Assembly (NCBI GenBank): GCA_963702205.1
Contig: OY969724.1
Coordinates: forward strand, 3,584,001 to 3,648,000
Direction of reading: 5' to 3'
DNA length: 64,000 nt
DNA from: an uncultured candidate division Zixibacteria bacterium
Lineage (GTDB): Bacteria > Zixibacteria > MSB-5A5 > GN15 > PGXB01
Both the position numbers and the translations under genes were made by a program. Within the stretch, counting starts at the first letter, position 1; the number at the start of each line of letters is the position of its first letter. This document shows, one piece after another, positions 7,738 to 17,194 of the stretch. The notes under the pieces are model-generated. The model made no database searches. It was not told the origin of the DNA and worked only from the letters and a program-made list of their open reading frames with translations.

Positions 7738-9240
7738 ATGACCAGGGAATTCAGGTTTTTATCGATCATCGCAATTGCCATTATTCTGTCCGGTTGCTCG
7801 TCCGACAATGCCATTCAAATCAGGTTCAACGCTGAAAAACTGTATCACCACGCCGACAAGCTCTACGAAAAGGCCTCGATCAAACCTGACTTGCAGGATG
7901 AGCGTACCTGGTCCGAAGTTAAACAAGCATATCTCGACGTCACCGATTATTGTTGGAAATATGTCGATTCAATTTCGACCGAAAAAAACCCAATCCCAAA
8001 AAAGGAACTGGAATCGGTGGTCTATCTGTCTACCCTCAGGCTGAGCAGCATATACTTCGCCGAAGAGAAACTCGATTCTTCCGTCTTTGTGCTGAACCAG
8101 TTGCTGAATATGACCCACCTCGAAGGCAATCGGCTCCTGACCGCCCGCCTCCAGCTGGCCAAGGCCAAGCATTGGGAAGGCCACCGCGATGAGGCTCTCG
8201 TGATATACAAAGGAATAATCGATACCTTCTACCCGCCGGTTGACAACAACAATAAAATCCTGACCGACGTCTTAAACCTCCCGCTCGAAATTATCAGCAT
8301 TCACCGGATACTCAATAACGAAGAAGCTATCAAACAGGAAACTCAATCGGCTGAAAAATATTATTTGCGAATAATCCACGACTGGCCCGGGACGGCGCTG
8401 GAAACGGCCGCCCGTGGCGATCTGGCCCGCGTATACAGCGACGACAACCAGCCCCAGAAAGCTATCGACCAACTCTACCAGATTAAGGATTCCACGGGCC
8501 AGGTGCCTCTCGAAGCTCAGGTTTTGGCCGCCAATATTACCGCTTCCGGCTTGAGAAAGTACGAGACGGCCGCCGGTATGTTCGACGAGCTTATTGCCAA
8601 AACCAGCGATACGCTTATACTACCGAATTTATATGTCCGAAAAGGCGCCGCCCTGTATGAAAGCCGTCAATACCAGAAATGTCTCGATATTATGGATCTG
8701 GTTCGCAAACAATATGAATTCTATTATCAACAGAATCCCATCGCGCAGAAATATATCGCCATGTCTTATAATCGCCTCGGCGAATGGGCCAGGGCTGAGG
8801 TGGCCTTTATGCAATTGGCCGATAATTACGCGACCACGGAGGACGCCTTCAACGCCTACCTTTTCGTCGCCGATCACTACGATCAAACCGGCAATAAATC
8901 GCTGGCCGAGGTTTGGTACAAACGCGCTGAGGATTTCTACGATAAAATGGCCCGCAATTATTCCGGGACACCGGTTGAAGCCTCGGCCCTGTCATTTAAG
9001 GCTGAAATAGCGCGGCGCCATCAAAACTGGGAACAAGCCGTAGATATACTGGTAAAACTCTACGACAAGTTCCCCAACACGGAAGTTGGCTATAAGGCCC
9101 TTTTAAACGCGGCGGCCGTATATAAACACCGTCTCGGGAACGATAAAAAGGCCGAGGAATTGGTCGATATTCTCAGAAATCGCCTGGTGCCGGGCAAAGA
9201 TAATAAAAATATCGGCCCAAATACCGATGTAAATAAGTAA
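7738..9240 (+). CDS. TPR-repeat lipoprotein
   Basis: Lipobox ILSGC after a hydrophobic stretch, followed by repeated TPR-like helical pairs. Confidence 0.8.
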   Translation: MTREFRFLSIIAIAIILSGCSSDNAIQIRFNAEKLYHHADKLYEKASIKPDLQDERTWSEVKQAYLDVTDYCWKYVDSISTEKNPIPKKELESVVYLSTLRLSSIYFAEEKLDSSVFVLNQLLNMTHLEGNRLLTARLQLAKAKHWEGHRDEALVIYKGIIDTFYPPVDNNNKILTDVLNLPLEIISIHRILNNEEAIKQETQSAEKYYLRIIHDWPGTALETAARGDLARVYSDDNQPQKAIDQLYQIKDSTGQVPLEAQVLAANITASGLRKYETAAGMFDELIAKTSDTLILPNLYVRKGAALYESRQYQKCLDIMDLVRKQYEFYYQQNPIAQKYIAMSYNRLGEWARAEVAFMQLADNYATTEDAFNAYLFVADHYDQTGNKSLAEVWYKRAEDFYDKMARNYSGTPVEASALSFKAEIARRHQNWEQAVDILVKLYDKFPNTEVGYKALLNAAAVYKHRLGNDKKAEELVDILRNRLVPGKDNKNIGPNTDVNK

Positions 9241-9270
9241 AACCTTTAATATCAAATGGATGGAGGAATA

Positions 9271-9798
9271 ATGAGCTTGAAAAAGACAGCTCTCCTGACA
9301 CTGGGGCTGGCCCTTCTTTCAGCCATAAGTGTATTCGCCCAGAAGGACACATTGGGAAAAATCGATACACTTTATGCCGAGCCTTACCAAATCGACGCCA
9401 AAAACTGGGGTATAAATGTCTCCCTGACAAATGACGAAGATATCGTCGGCATTTCAGTACCTTTGAGATTCACGTCGGGCAAAATTCGCCTGGTGGCCGA
9501 TTCGACCATTTTTAAGGGTGGACGTGTCGATCATTTTCGCGTTAAATTCGCCCGCGCCGACACGGCCATACAGTGCGTCACAATTGGCCTGATTGCCGAT
9601 ATCGGAGTATCCGTCCCGCCGATGCAGCCGGGCAGTGGAAGGATCGCGACCATTTTTGTCTCGTCACTTGACGGCGACAAGATTCCGGATATGAAGGTCG
9701 ACACGACTACGACCAACCCGGGCAATACGCTGCAGATGGTATCGCCTCCGGTTAACGAAGTAATTCCCGTCTTTGTCGTCAAACAAGGCAAAAAATAA
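9271..9798 (+). CDS. Secreted cohesin-like beta-sandwich protein
   Basis: RBS GGAGG, signal peptide, pattern NVSLTNDEDIVGISVPL...PGSGRIATIF. Confidence 0.55.
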   Translation: MSLKKTALLTLGLALLSAISVFAQKDTLGKIDTLYAEPYQIDAKNWGINVSLTNDEDIVGISVPLRFTSGKIRLVADSTIFKGGRVDHFRVKFARADTAIQCVTIGLIADIGVSVPPMQPGSGRIATIFVSSLDGDKIPDMKVDTTTTNPGNTLQMVSPPVNEVIPVFVVKQGKK

Positions 9799-9831
9799 AT
9801 TTAAGGGAAGAGACACTTAAGCCAAGCTGAT

Positions 9832-9862
9832 AACGACCCCGATTTTTCGGGGTCGTTTTTTT
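9832..9862. terminator. Terminator between convergent genes
   Basis: AACGACCCCGA-TTTT-TCGGGGTCGTT followed by a T run. Confidence 0.8.
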
Positions 9863-11082
9863 TAGGAATCCTCTTTATCCGAATTCGCTTTCGCCGTTAT
9901 CCGGGCGCTTTTTTTTGTAATCAAAAAGACCCTCAATTTATCGCGCAGCTCCGGCGGGAGTTTTTCCGCGCGGTAAAACTCTTTGTACAAGACGTTCTGA
10001 TCGAGCTTAAAAGCCTCATCCAATCCGGCGTCGCGTGCCAGAATCGCAATATTAAGATAGGCGTCGGCGTTGGCCGTTTTCGACGGGAATTCCTCGGTTT
10101 CGCCAAACCTGACACTAAGCTCCCCCGCCGGTGATGATAACCTGGTCAGGTCGGCTTCATCGCAGAAACGAACGACGTCTTCTTTGAGAGCCTTCAACTC
10201 GGCAGACTTTGTCTTGATTTCTTTATCGAGAACAATATATTTTTCGGCCAGTGTCTCCCCGACTTTCTCATCGAACTGCTCGTCCTGATTGCCTTCAAGA
10301 GCCAGCTTGTGGCGTTTGGCCGGACATAGGCTGTAAAAATCGCACCAGTTGCACAGGTTGCTTTCATTGGGCGGGAAATTATCGTTTTGGGCAGCGTCCT
10401 CGATTTCCAGAATTTTCTGATACAGGGCGTAACGAATCTCTTCCAGCCTGCCGTCGTCGATATTGGCCGCCATTTCGACACCGTGCCGGATAAAAATCTG
10501 CCTGGCGCGCACGCGCTCAAAATCGGGCCAGAGATGCCGCACAGCTATCAGGTATAGGGCCATCTGGGGATCGTTATCCAAATCGCGCTGAGTAGGAAGC
10601 ATCGCCTGAGTTTTATAGTCAATGACTTCTACGGTACCGTCGCCGCGCTGCACCAGCCGGTCTATACGTCCCCTGATTTCGAACCGCCCGTTCGGGTCGA
10701 GCGGGAAAGTTATAAACTGCTCGACCACCAAAGTCTGGCCGTCGTCGAACGGAGCGTATTTGCCATAAAATCTCCTGAGGCCTTCGCGACCGGTTTCGAT
10801 AAAATCTTCAATCGAATCGCTTTCACGAATGACCACAATGTGATCTTTGTTGGATTCATCCCACTGCTTGTTATAGAAATCAAGGAGTTCATCGAGCGGC
10901 ATGACACGGCCGTTCAGCTTGGTCTTGTATAATGTTTCCAGGGCCTTGTGGACAGTACTGCCCAATAGCAGGTCGGCGGTGAGTTTTTTCTCGACCGTCA
11001 CTCTTTCGATATAGGCGAACTTGTACTGGCGGGGACAATTGTTGTATGTGCCGATGCTGGAATGACTGTATTTTCTGGCCAT
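9862..11082 (-). CDS. PD-(D/E)XK RecB/Cas4-like nuclease with four-Cys cluster motif
   Basis: Start MARKYSHSSIG (RBS GGAGG). Motifs NCPRQY, GRIDRL, VIDYKT, QMALY and CNWCDFYSLC. Confidence 0.85.
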   Translation of the reverse strand: MARKYSHSSIGTYNNCPRQYKFAYIERVTVEKKLTADLLLGSTVHKALETLYKTKLNGRVMPLDELLDFYNKQWDESNKDHIVVIRESDSIEDFIETGREGLRRFYGKYAPFDDGQTLVVEQFITFPLDPNGRFEIRGRIDRLVQRGDGTVEVIDYKTQAMLPTQRDLDNDPQMALYLIAVRHLWPDFERVRARQIFIRHGVEMAANIDDGRLEEIRYALYQKILEIEDAAQNDNFPPNESNLCNWCDFYSLCPAKRHKLALEGNQDEQFDEKVGETLAEKYIVLDKEIKTKSAELKALKEDVVRFCDEADLTRLSSPAGELSVRFGETEEFPSKTANADAYLNIAILARDAGLDEAFKLDQNVLYKEFYRAEKLPPELRDKLRVFLITKKSARITAKANSDKEDS

Positions 11083-11146
11083 GACATACCTCCGTGAAAC
11101 GTTCGGTACAAGATAGCCTTTAAGACGGCCCGGCGCAATCACATAT

Positions 11147-11179
11147 AAAAAAAGCCCGACGGGAAGTCGGGCCTTTTTT
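11147..11179. terminator. Intrinsic terminator (downstream of 11203..11796)
   Basis: GCCCGAC-GGGAA-GTCGGGC flanked by A and T runs. Confidence 0.75.
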
Positions 11180-11202
11180 CAGCTTGGTCAATATTTCTAA
11201 TC

Positions 11203-11796
11203 TTACGGAAGCTTGAAATTGGCACTGACCGATATGGAGTTGTACTTGGTAACTTTGACCGGCGTGTCGATCCAGTTCAAGCGATATTCCGCCGTAAAGG
11301 TCAGCGGAAACGCGGGCGGGGCGATTTCGGCGCCGCCGACCAGATGGTAGCCGAGACGGCTTTCATTCTCGGGCACCGCGATGTCGTTGTCTTCCAGCGA
11401 CAGCGAGAGCGGACGAGTGTAATCAAACCCGAGGGTGTGAGAACTCAGGCCTCCGCCCAGATACGGCGAAACCAGCTGGAGTTTGATCGGGTACAGCGCG
11501 GTGGCGCTGAACACGAAATCGTGACGCTTCAGCTCGAAAACGTCGCTGCCATAAGTCTGACTCTGGTTTTTCCAGGCGTAATCACCGGCGATCAAAACGT
11601 CGAACAAAGGCAAAGTCGAAATTTTGACCTGTCCGCCGACAAGATTCATATCGGCCAGATCGGCGCCCGGCAAAGCCAGCGTTTCCTGATCGTAGTTGGT
11701 CACCATGCCGCCGCGAATACCGAGAGTGACCCCGGTCAGAGCGAACGACGGAGCGGCGAAGCACAGCAACACCAACAGCATAAGTAGTCTTTTCAT
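11203..11796 (-). CDS. Outer-membrane beta-barrel protein (OmpA-like TM/porin family)
   Basis: Signal peptide, amphipathic strands, PYLGGG motif, aromatic residue near the C-terminus. Confidence 0.75.
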   Translation of the reverse strand: MKRLLMLLVLLCFAAPSFALTGVTLGIRGGMVTNYDQETLALPGADLADMNLVGGQVKISTLPLFDVLIAGDYAWKNQSQTYGSDVFELKRHDFVFSATALYPIKLQLVSPYLGGGLSSHTLGFDYTRPLSLSLEDNDIAVPENESRLGYHLVGGAEIAPPAFPLTFTAEYRLNWIDTPVKVTKYNSISVSANFKLP

Positions 11797-11943
11797 ACAT
11801 AAACCTCCGTTTAATCCAATTATCGACCGGGGGAGGTATTTCTTAACATTATAGGTTTATTTCCCTAACCTGCTCGGATTTTATACAGGGGCCCTATTTG
11901 CTTTATTTCCCGCCTCAGACAAATCTATTGACCCACAAAGGGT

Positions 11944-12065
11944 GGCCCCTTCAAATTCAATTGGAGGGGTTTTGGCCATAAATGCAGATTTGACAATTTT
12001 ATGAAATGATTCCGGCTTTAAAAAATTAACGGGCAGGCCCCTTCAATTTCAATTGGAAGGGATTT
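11944..12065. repeat. Two 30-bp imperfect palindromic direct repeats
   Basis: GGCCCCTTCAAATTCAATTGGAGGGGTTTT (11944-11973) and GGCCCCTTCAATTTCAATTGGAAGGGATTT (12036-12065), 27/30 identical. Confidence 0.75.
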
Positions 12066-12319
12066 ATCTGTAATGCTGATTCATAACCACTCCAAACAAG
12101 TTTGGAGTGGCCACCCAAACGTTGTGCCCGGTCGGACCTTGATTCCCGTAGGTCGGGTTCTGAGCGAAACAACGTTAAGCGAAAAACCCGACATCTTATC
12201 GTTTTCGCGCGCCGGGCGCTGCGCGCCTTAATTATGATCAAACCGAATACAAGTACAGCCATTATTGTCATGAAGCCAATAACCGCAGCAATTTTATTTA
12301 TCGCCTTCCATATACGCAT
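12026..12319 (-). CDS. Small hypothetical membrane protein
   Basis: N-terminal TM segment, directly downstream of 12330..13136. The C-terminus is uncertain. Confidence 0.35.
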   Translation of the reverse strand: MRIWKAINKIAAVIGFMTIMAVLVFGLIIIKARSARRAKTIRCRVFRLTLFRSEPDLRESRSDRAQRLGGHSKLVWSGYESALQINPFQLKLKGPAR

Positions 12320-12329
12320 TTCATATTTC

Positions 12330-13136
12330 TCATTCTATCTGAAATGCTATTTTATCAGGGTATTTATCCATAATCTCATGGATGACGTTGTCGTCGTGGT
12401 CTTTTATCCGGAAAAACTGGATGTAGGAATCATGTATTTTATTGACGGAAAAGCCCGATAATCTGGCTTTCTCAACATTGGCCGGAAGACATTTATAATA
12501 GCCTGCGCGGACTACCGTCAATTCGGCCATCGAGGAAATCTCTTTCCGAAATTCGCGAAGCCTCTTTGTGTCATTGCCTTTGAAAATTATCCAGCCCACG
12601 TCGTCGGGAATTTTCAAGGTCGGTTCGAGGCTAATGTATTTTACTTTGGCGTTCCAGGCGTCCTCTCTAATCGTCATGGAATCGGTCAGAGTATCATAAT
12701 TAAGATGATAATTGACGGTATCGGCGTCGAAAATTACCTGAAGCTCGAAATTATGCGGGAAACGATAATTGGCTTCAAGATGTTCATATTTCAAATCGCT
12801 GGTTAATTGTAGTTTTATTTCAGCGGTGGAATCATCGATCATTCGTATGTCGAGAGGCTCGAATCCGCCGCGAGATATTAAACTGACCGACCAATCGGCA
12901 CATGCACTAAAGACGGCCTCCCGACACGGAGGCAAAATCAAGAGCCTGAATTTTTCTATCCGCATGGACATGCGCCGATACGCGGTCGAGCTGTAATGTG
13001 TGGTCGGAGCCTCCCCCCAACCGACGTCATAATCCTGGGCCGGCCCGATTGAGGCACAAAGTATTATTATCAACGAGACCAGCCAGAATCGGACATTAAG
13101 CGACTTATAGAATGTAATTTTGTTCTTTGACCACAT
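12330..13136 (-). CDS. Hypothetical exported protein
   Basis: GTG start with RBS GGAGG, N-terminal hydrophobic segment, 268 aa. Confidence 0.6.
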   Translation of the reverse strand: MWSKNKITFYKSLNVRFWLVSLIIILCASIGPAQDYDVGWGEAPTTHYSSTAYRRMSMRIEKFRLLILPPCREAVFSACADWSVSLISRGGFEPLDIRMIDDSTAEIKLQLTSDLKYEHLEANYRFPHNFELQVIFDADTVNYHLNYDTLTDSMTIREDAWNAKVKYISLEPTLKIPDDVGWIIFKGNDTKRLREFRKEISSMAELTVVRAGYYKCLPANVEKARLSGFSVNKIHDSYIQFFRIKDHDDNVIHEIMDKYPDKIAFQIE

Positions 13137-13581
13137 TGTTTTTCCTCCGGATCGGAGTCAATGCCGATAATCCGAGTTGATGGAAACCGCCCCGCTCCAT
13201 TTGTCGATCAAATTGGAACCCGGTTAATAACTCAAGATGCTATAAGAAATCATATTTATGCAACACAAGAAACATGCCAGATTGAGGCGACCGCCGCCAA
13301 AAGGCTGGAATCACATGGTATTCAACAAGATATGTTAATCCGGAGTTTTGCGTGAGATGGTATGTTAGTCGTTTGAGCCCGTAATTTACGAGCAAGATTT
13401 TCGAAAAACTCGTAATTTACGAGTTTTACGATAGAGGAAGATGTCGAAAGCGCGATTTTGGGCAGATTCCTCAAAGGAAGATGCCGAAACCGCCCTTTAT
13501 GCCTCAAGACCTTCGGCAGGGGTTTCGATCTATAGCGCTAAGATGTAGTCCACGGCTTTATCCAATATTTCTTTTCCACCC

Positions 13582-14160
13582 TTAGGATTGCTTTCTATTC
13601 TGATATGCTATAAAGGTATCGTAAACTACCCATTCGTCCCACATCAATCGATACATAGCACTGCAATAATCCAATGTCTCTGCCAATATGATCAGGTGTT
13701 CTCTCTGGCATGTCTCATTGCTCTCAATCAGTGATTCCCATATTTCTTCTCTGGTTTGGCCTATCATACCGATATGGGCTATGCGGCGTCGGCAAGTTAA
13801 TATGCTTCCTGATAGACCAATCTTCTGCATTCGCTCAAATTCGTGCTGGGCGACTACACCCAGGGATGCCTCATACCTCTGATGGCTATTGTCATCAATG
13901 AAGAAGGAAAGCTCCCAATATACATGGTGGTAGGAGTCTCTTAGATGGCTAGATAATTCAGCGTATTCTATCTTGTATGCAATTGCGAAACTCTCTCGTG
14001 CAGCGTGCCATGGGCAAGGTAAGCTTGAACGCTTCTTAACAAGTTGTCCTTGTTCATTAAGATCGGCATATACTTCTCCAACTTGTGAAACGAGTTCTGC
14101 TGCATGAGGATAGCTAATGCCTTCAGCACTTTCGTCGGATCGTGGATTTCCAAGCATCAT
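13582..14160 (-). CDS. Hypothetical protein in AT-rich islet
   Basis: 192-aa ORF with RBS GAGG, downstream of the MNT-HEPN pair. Confidence 0.55.
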   Translation of the reverse strand: MMLGNPRSDESAEGISYPHAAELVSQVGEVYADLNEQGQLVKKRSSLPCPWHAARESFAIAYKIEYAELSSHLRDSYHHVYWELSFFIDDNSHQRYEASLGVVAQHEFERMQKIGLSGSILTCRRRIAHIGMIGQTREEIWESLIESNETCQREHLIILAETLDYCSAMYRLMWDEWVVYDTFIAYQNRKQS

Positions 14161-14207
14161 TCATCCTCTTGGATCAAAGTAATCCATCATTATTGGGTTC
14201 AATGGCT

Positions 14208-14652
14208 TCACTGAAGTAACTCCGGATGGTTCTCTCTCAACCATGCTGTTATTTGTTGCCCTAATTTCGTAGCCACCCTGATCGCCGCCTCTGCCTCGGC
14301 ATCCGAGATCATATCAACTGAATCATAGGTGGCCACATGACGCATCTTCCTGATCTTGTGTAACAGCTTCATGGTGCCAGTTTCAATCGAGGTCACAGTG
14401 TGAGCAAGCGAATCGATGGTCCGTTCGTGCTCCCGTTCACGAGCCCGGACGATAGCCGCAAGCATACAACGCCGCCCGAGCGTACCGCAACGCTGCCGTG
14501 TAGCCCATGTTGAGTCTCCATCCGGCTGCAATTCCTTTAACCTGTGCGCATCTTACATCTTCCTCCGCGCTATGCAACAAGGTCTGGATTTCTCCGGCAC
14601 TGGTTTCATGGCTATGAATCCACCGGTTATTCAGCCAATCGTCTAAACTCAT
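14208..14652 (-). CDS. HEPN-like protein (partner of MNT), split by a +1 frameshift near 14445
   Basis: MSLDDWLNNRWIH...ALYACGYRP joins AREREHERTIDSL...KIRKMRHVATYD...WLRENHPELLQ if one G is removed from CCGGG. Confidence 0.7.
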
Positions 14653-15232
14653 CTTCTGACCCGATCACAAATTCCTTCTCGGTAGTGGCCATTGATCTTA
14701 TGAAATGATTTGTCTGTGACCACTTCTTCTTGAACTCTGCCGCTGAGAACAGAGTGGGGTTGATCTCTCGCCCCATTGCTTCCTCGACTTTTGAGAGAAC
14801 ACCAACCAAGTCATCGAGTCCGATATCGCCGATGACGAACAAGTCAAGGTCGCTGCTTGAGACTTCCTCGCCCCTGGCAAAGGAACCGTACACGAATGCA
14901 ACATTGATTTGCTGCCCCAGCGGTTCGAGCGCTTCACGAATCCTACCAATCACACCGTACGTTTTGAATATGATGTTTCGCAGATCTCGGAAAATGGGGT
15001 GCTTCTGGTTGACAGTATAAAACTTCTGACGCCCTCTTTTCTCCGACGTCAGGATCCCCGCTTCGGTAAGACTCTTCAGTTCTCGCTGAATTACGCCCTG
15101 ACGCGTCGCGGTTAGTCGAACGACCTGGGAAAAATAGTACTCCTGATCCGGATTTAGAAAAAACAGCGCAAGAATCTTACGTTTCGTCCCCGGAAAGAGA
15201 GCCGCCGATATGTCATTTGCTTTCTTACCCAT
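14627..15232 (-). CDS. Winged-HTH plus minimal nucleotidyltransferase (MNT antitoxin-like)
   Basis: N-terminal wHTH (IQRELKSLTEAGIL) and NTase motif YGSFARGEEVSSSDLDL. Confidence 0.88.
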   Translation of the reverse strand: MGKKANDISAALFPGTKRKILALFFLNPDQEYYFSQVVRLTATRQGVIQRELKSLTEAGILTSEKRGRQKFYTVNQKHPIFRDLRNIIFKTYGVIGRIREALEPLGQQINVAFVYGSFARGEEVSSSDLDLFVIGDIGLDDLVGVLSKVEEAMGREINPTLFSAAEFKKKWSQTNHFIRSMATTEKEFVIGSEDEFRRLAE

Positions 15233-15271
15233 TTAGGGTAAAAATGTACCCAGATTGGGTAACATTGTCAA
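15225..15271 (-). promoter_or_regulatory. sigma70 promoter with twin TACCC-N5-GGGTA operators
   Basis: TTGACA-N17-TACATT ends 10 nt before the ATG. Inverted repeats at 15225-15241 and 15247-15261. Confidence 0.7.
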
Positions 15272-15375
15272 GAAGAAAACAAGATTGGTCTGAAAGTTTG
15301 CTGAGAGTGAGATTGGCTGTTTCCTTAAGTCTATAACTGATTGTTGTTTAAGGGGATATAAAAAGCGGTGTCATT

Positions 15376-15424
15376 GTCATGCCGCCCCTCGCAAGGCTCA
15401 GGACCTTCGGCGAGTCGGCATGAT
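15376..15424. repeat. REP-like hairpin element
   Basis: GTCATGCCG...CGGCATGAT arms enclosing CCCCTCGCAAGGCTCAGGACCTTCGGC. A related copy is at 13491-13517. Confidence 0.55.
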
Positions 15425-15448
15425 ACAAAATAAATTTACGTCCTACAT

Positions 15449-16279
15449 TTACCCCTGCCCCTCGGCTTTTTTGTCGCGTAATGCTGTAATGATGCCGTTG
15501 AGGCGTTCCACCTCGGCGCGGGCGGCCTGATCGAAATCTTCGCCGTCCGAGGCGTACAAAACACTTCTCCCCACATTTATCACGGCCAGCTTGGTGAAAT
15601 TCGACGTGCCCGCCTTGGCCGATTCCTCGAGGTCGCCGCCCTGCGCGCCGACGCCGGGAATCAGAATCGGCATCTCACGGGCGACCGAACGTATTTCGGT
15701 CAGTTTGCCGGGATGAGTCGCACCGACCACCAGCCCGAGGTTCTGCTCTTTGTCCCAGTACGCCACTTTCTCGGCGACGTACATATAGACCGGCTTGTTG
15801 ACGACGTGCATCAACTGGAAATCGCGGCTGCCGGTGTTCGAGGTCAGGCATAGTATAAACGCGCCTTTGCCGGGATAATCGAGAAACGGACGGATGGCAT
15901 CGTAACCCATGTACGGGTTAAGTGTCACCCAGTCGGCTTTGAAGCGGTCGAAGGCGGCCGAGGCGTAGTAACCGGCGGTGTTGCCGATGTCCCCCATTTT
16001 GCCGTCGATGATGACCCGTATTTCATCGGGGATGATCTTGATAACTTTTTCGAGCAGTGACAACCCCTCCGGTCCCAGCGACATATAGAAGGCGATATTG
16101 GGCTTGTAGGCACAGACAATGTCCCGCGTGGCTTCAATGATGCGGGCCGCGAAATCATAGTACCCTTTGATCGACCCGGCAAATTTCTGCGGTATTTTCT
16201 TGGGATCGATATCGAGCCCGACACAGATCATCGATTTATTTTTATCCTGAACTTCTCTTAAATCGGTTATTGCACTCAT
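15449..16279 (-). CDS. pyrF: Orotidine-5'-phosphate decarboxylase
   Basis: CVGLD, YKPN, DGKMGDIGNT, LVVGAT and LIPGVGAQGG. Confidence 0.95.
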   Translation of the reverse strand: MSAITDLREVQDKNKSMICVGLDIDPKKIPQKFAGSIKGYYDFAARIIEATRDIVCAYKPNIAFYMSLGPEGLSLLEKVIKIIPDEIRVIIDGKMGDIGNTAGYYASAAFDRFKADWVTLNPYMGYDAIRPFLDYPGKGAFILCLTSNTGSRDFQLMHVVNKPVYMYVAEKVAYWDKEQNLGLVVGATHPGKLTEIRSVAREMPILIPGVGAQGGDLEESAKAGTSNFTKLAVINVGRSVLYASDGEDFDQAARAEVERLNGIITALRDKKAEGQG

Positions 16280-17194
16280 CTACCAGACCCTGACCTTTCC
16301 GATTAAATCTGTTACGGAGCCCAATTTACGATTTTTAAGATATTTTTTCAAGCCCTCGATAATTTTAACCGGAGCATCCGGTTCGACAAACAGAGCCGTC
16401 CCGACCTGCACCGCGCTCGCTCCGCAGAGCATGAATTCGATGACGTCGGCGACGTTGGAAATACCGCCGACGCCAATAATCGGTATTTTGACCGCCTGAT
16501 ACACGTTATGGACTTTGGCCAGCGCCACCGGCTTAATGCACGGCCCGGACAGTCCGCCGGTGTTGTTGGTCAGGCGCGGACGCCAGGTTTCGATGTCGAC
16601 CGCCATGCCGACCAGCGTGTTGATGAGTGAAACGGCATCGGCTCCCCCTGCTTCGCACGCTTTGGCAATCGCGGCAATATCGGTCACATTGGGTGAGAGC
16701 TTGGCGATAATCGGTTTGGCGCAGGCTTTTTTGACCTCGCGCACTGCTTTTTCGGCCAACTCGGTGCTGACGGCTATCTCCATGCCGAATTCGACGTTGG
16801 GGCAGGAGAAATTCAGTTCGATCATATCGACGCGCGGATAATCGTTCAAACGCGCGCACAGTTCGACATAGTCGCTAATTTTCCACCCGGCGACATTGAC
16901 TACGAGGACAAGATCGAGCTTGTCGAAAAACGGCAGCTTGCTTTCGATGTACCTATCGACACCGACATTGGCCAGGCCGATGGCGTTGAGCATACCAGAG
17001 GCGGTCTCGGCGGTTCGCGGCGGCGGGTGACCGTCGCGCGGCTGCGGCGTGATAGTCTTGGTGATGATGCCGCCAAGCGTTTTGAGCGGAAAGACCTCGG
17101 CCAGTTCTTCACCGTAACCGCACGTGCCGGAAGCGGTCAATATCGGATTTTTGAATTTTACTCCGGCGATTTCGACGGACAGATCGGGCGTCAT
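16280..17194 (-). CDS. pyrD: Dihydroorotate dehydrogenase B, catalytic subunit
   Basis: Start MTPDL. Motifs ASGTCG, MLNAIGLAN, ELNFSCPNV, KLSPN and GGLSG. Confidence 0.95.
   Translation of the reverse strand: MTPDLSVEIAGVKFKNPILTASGTCGYGEELAEVFPLKTLGGIITKTITPQPRDGHPPPRTAETASGMLNAIGLANVGVDRYIESKLPFFDKLDLVLVVNVAGWKISDYVELCARLNDYPRVDMIELNFSCPNVEFGMEIAVSTELAEKAVREVKKACAKPIIAKLSPNVTDIAAIAKACEAGGADAVSLINTLVGMAVDIETWRPRLTNNTGGLSGPCIKPVALAKVHNVYQAVKIPIIGVGGISNVADVIEFMLCGASAVQVGTALFVEPDAPVKIIEGLKKYLKNRKLGSVTDLIGKVRVW

Noticed and set aside
9862..12065. CRISPR-Cas locus (Cas4-like gene plus repeat pair)
   Set aside because: Only two repeats with a 62-bp spacer, and no cas1, cas2 or effector genes.
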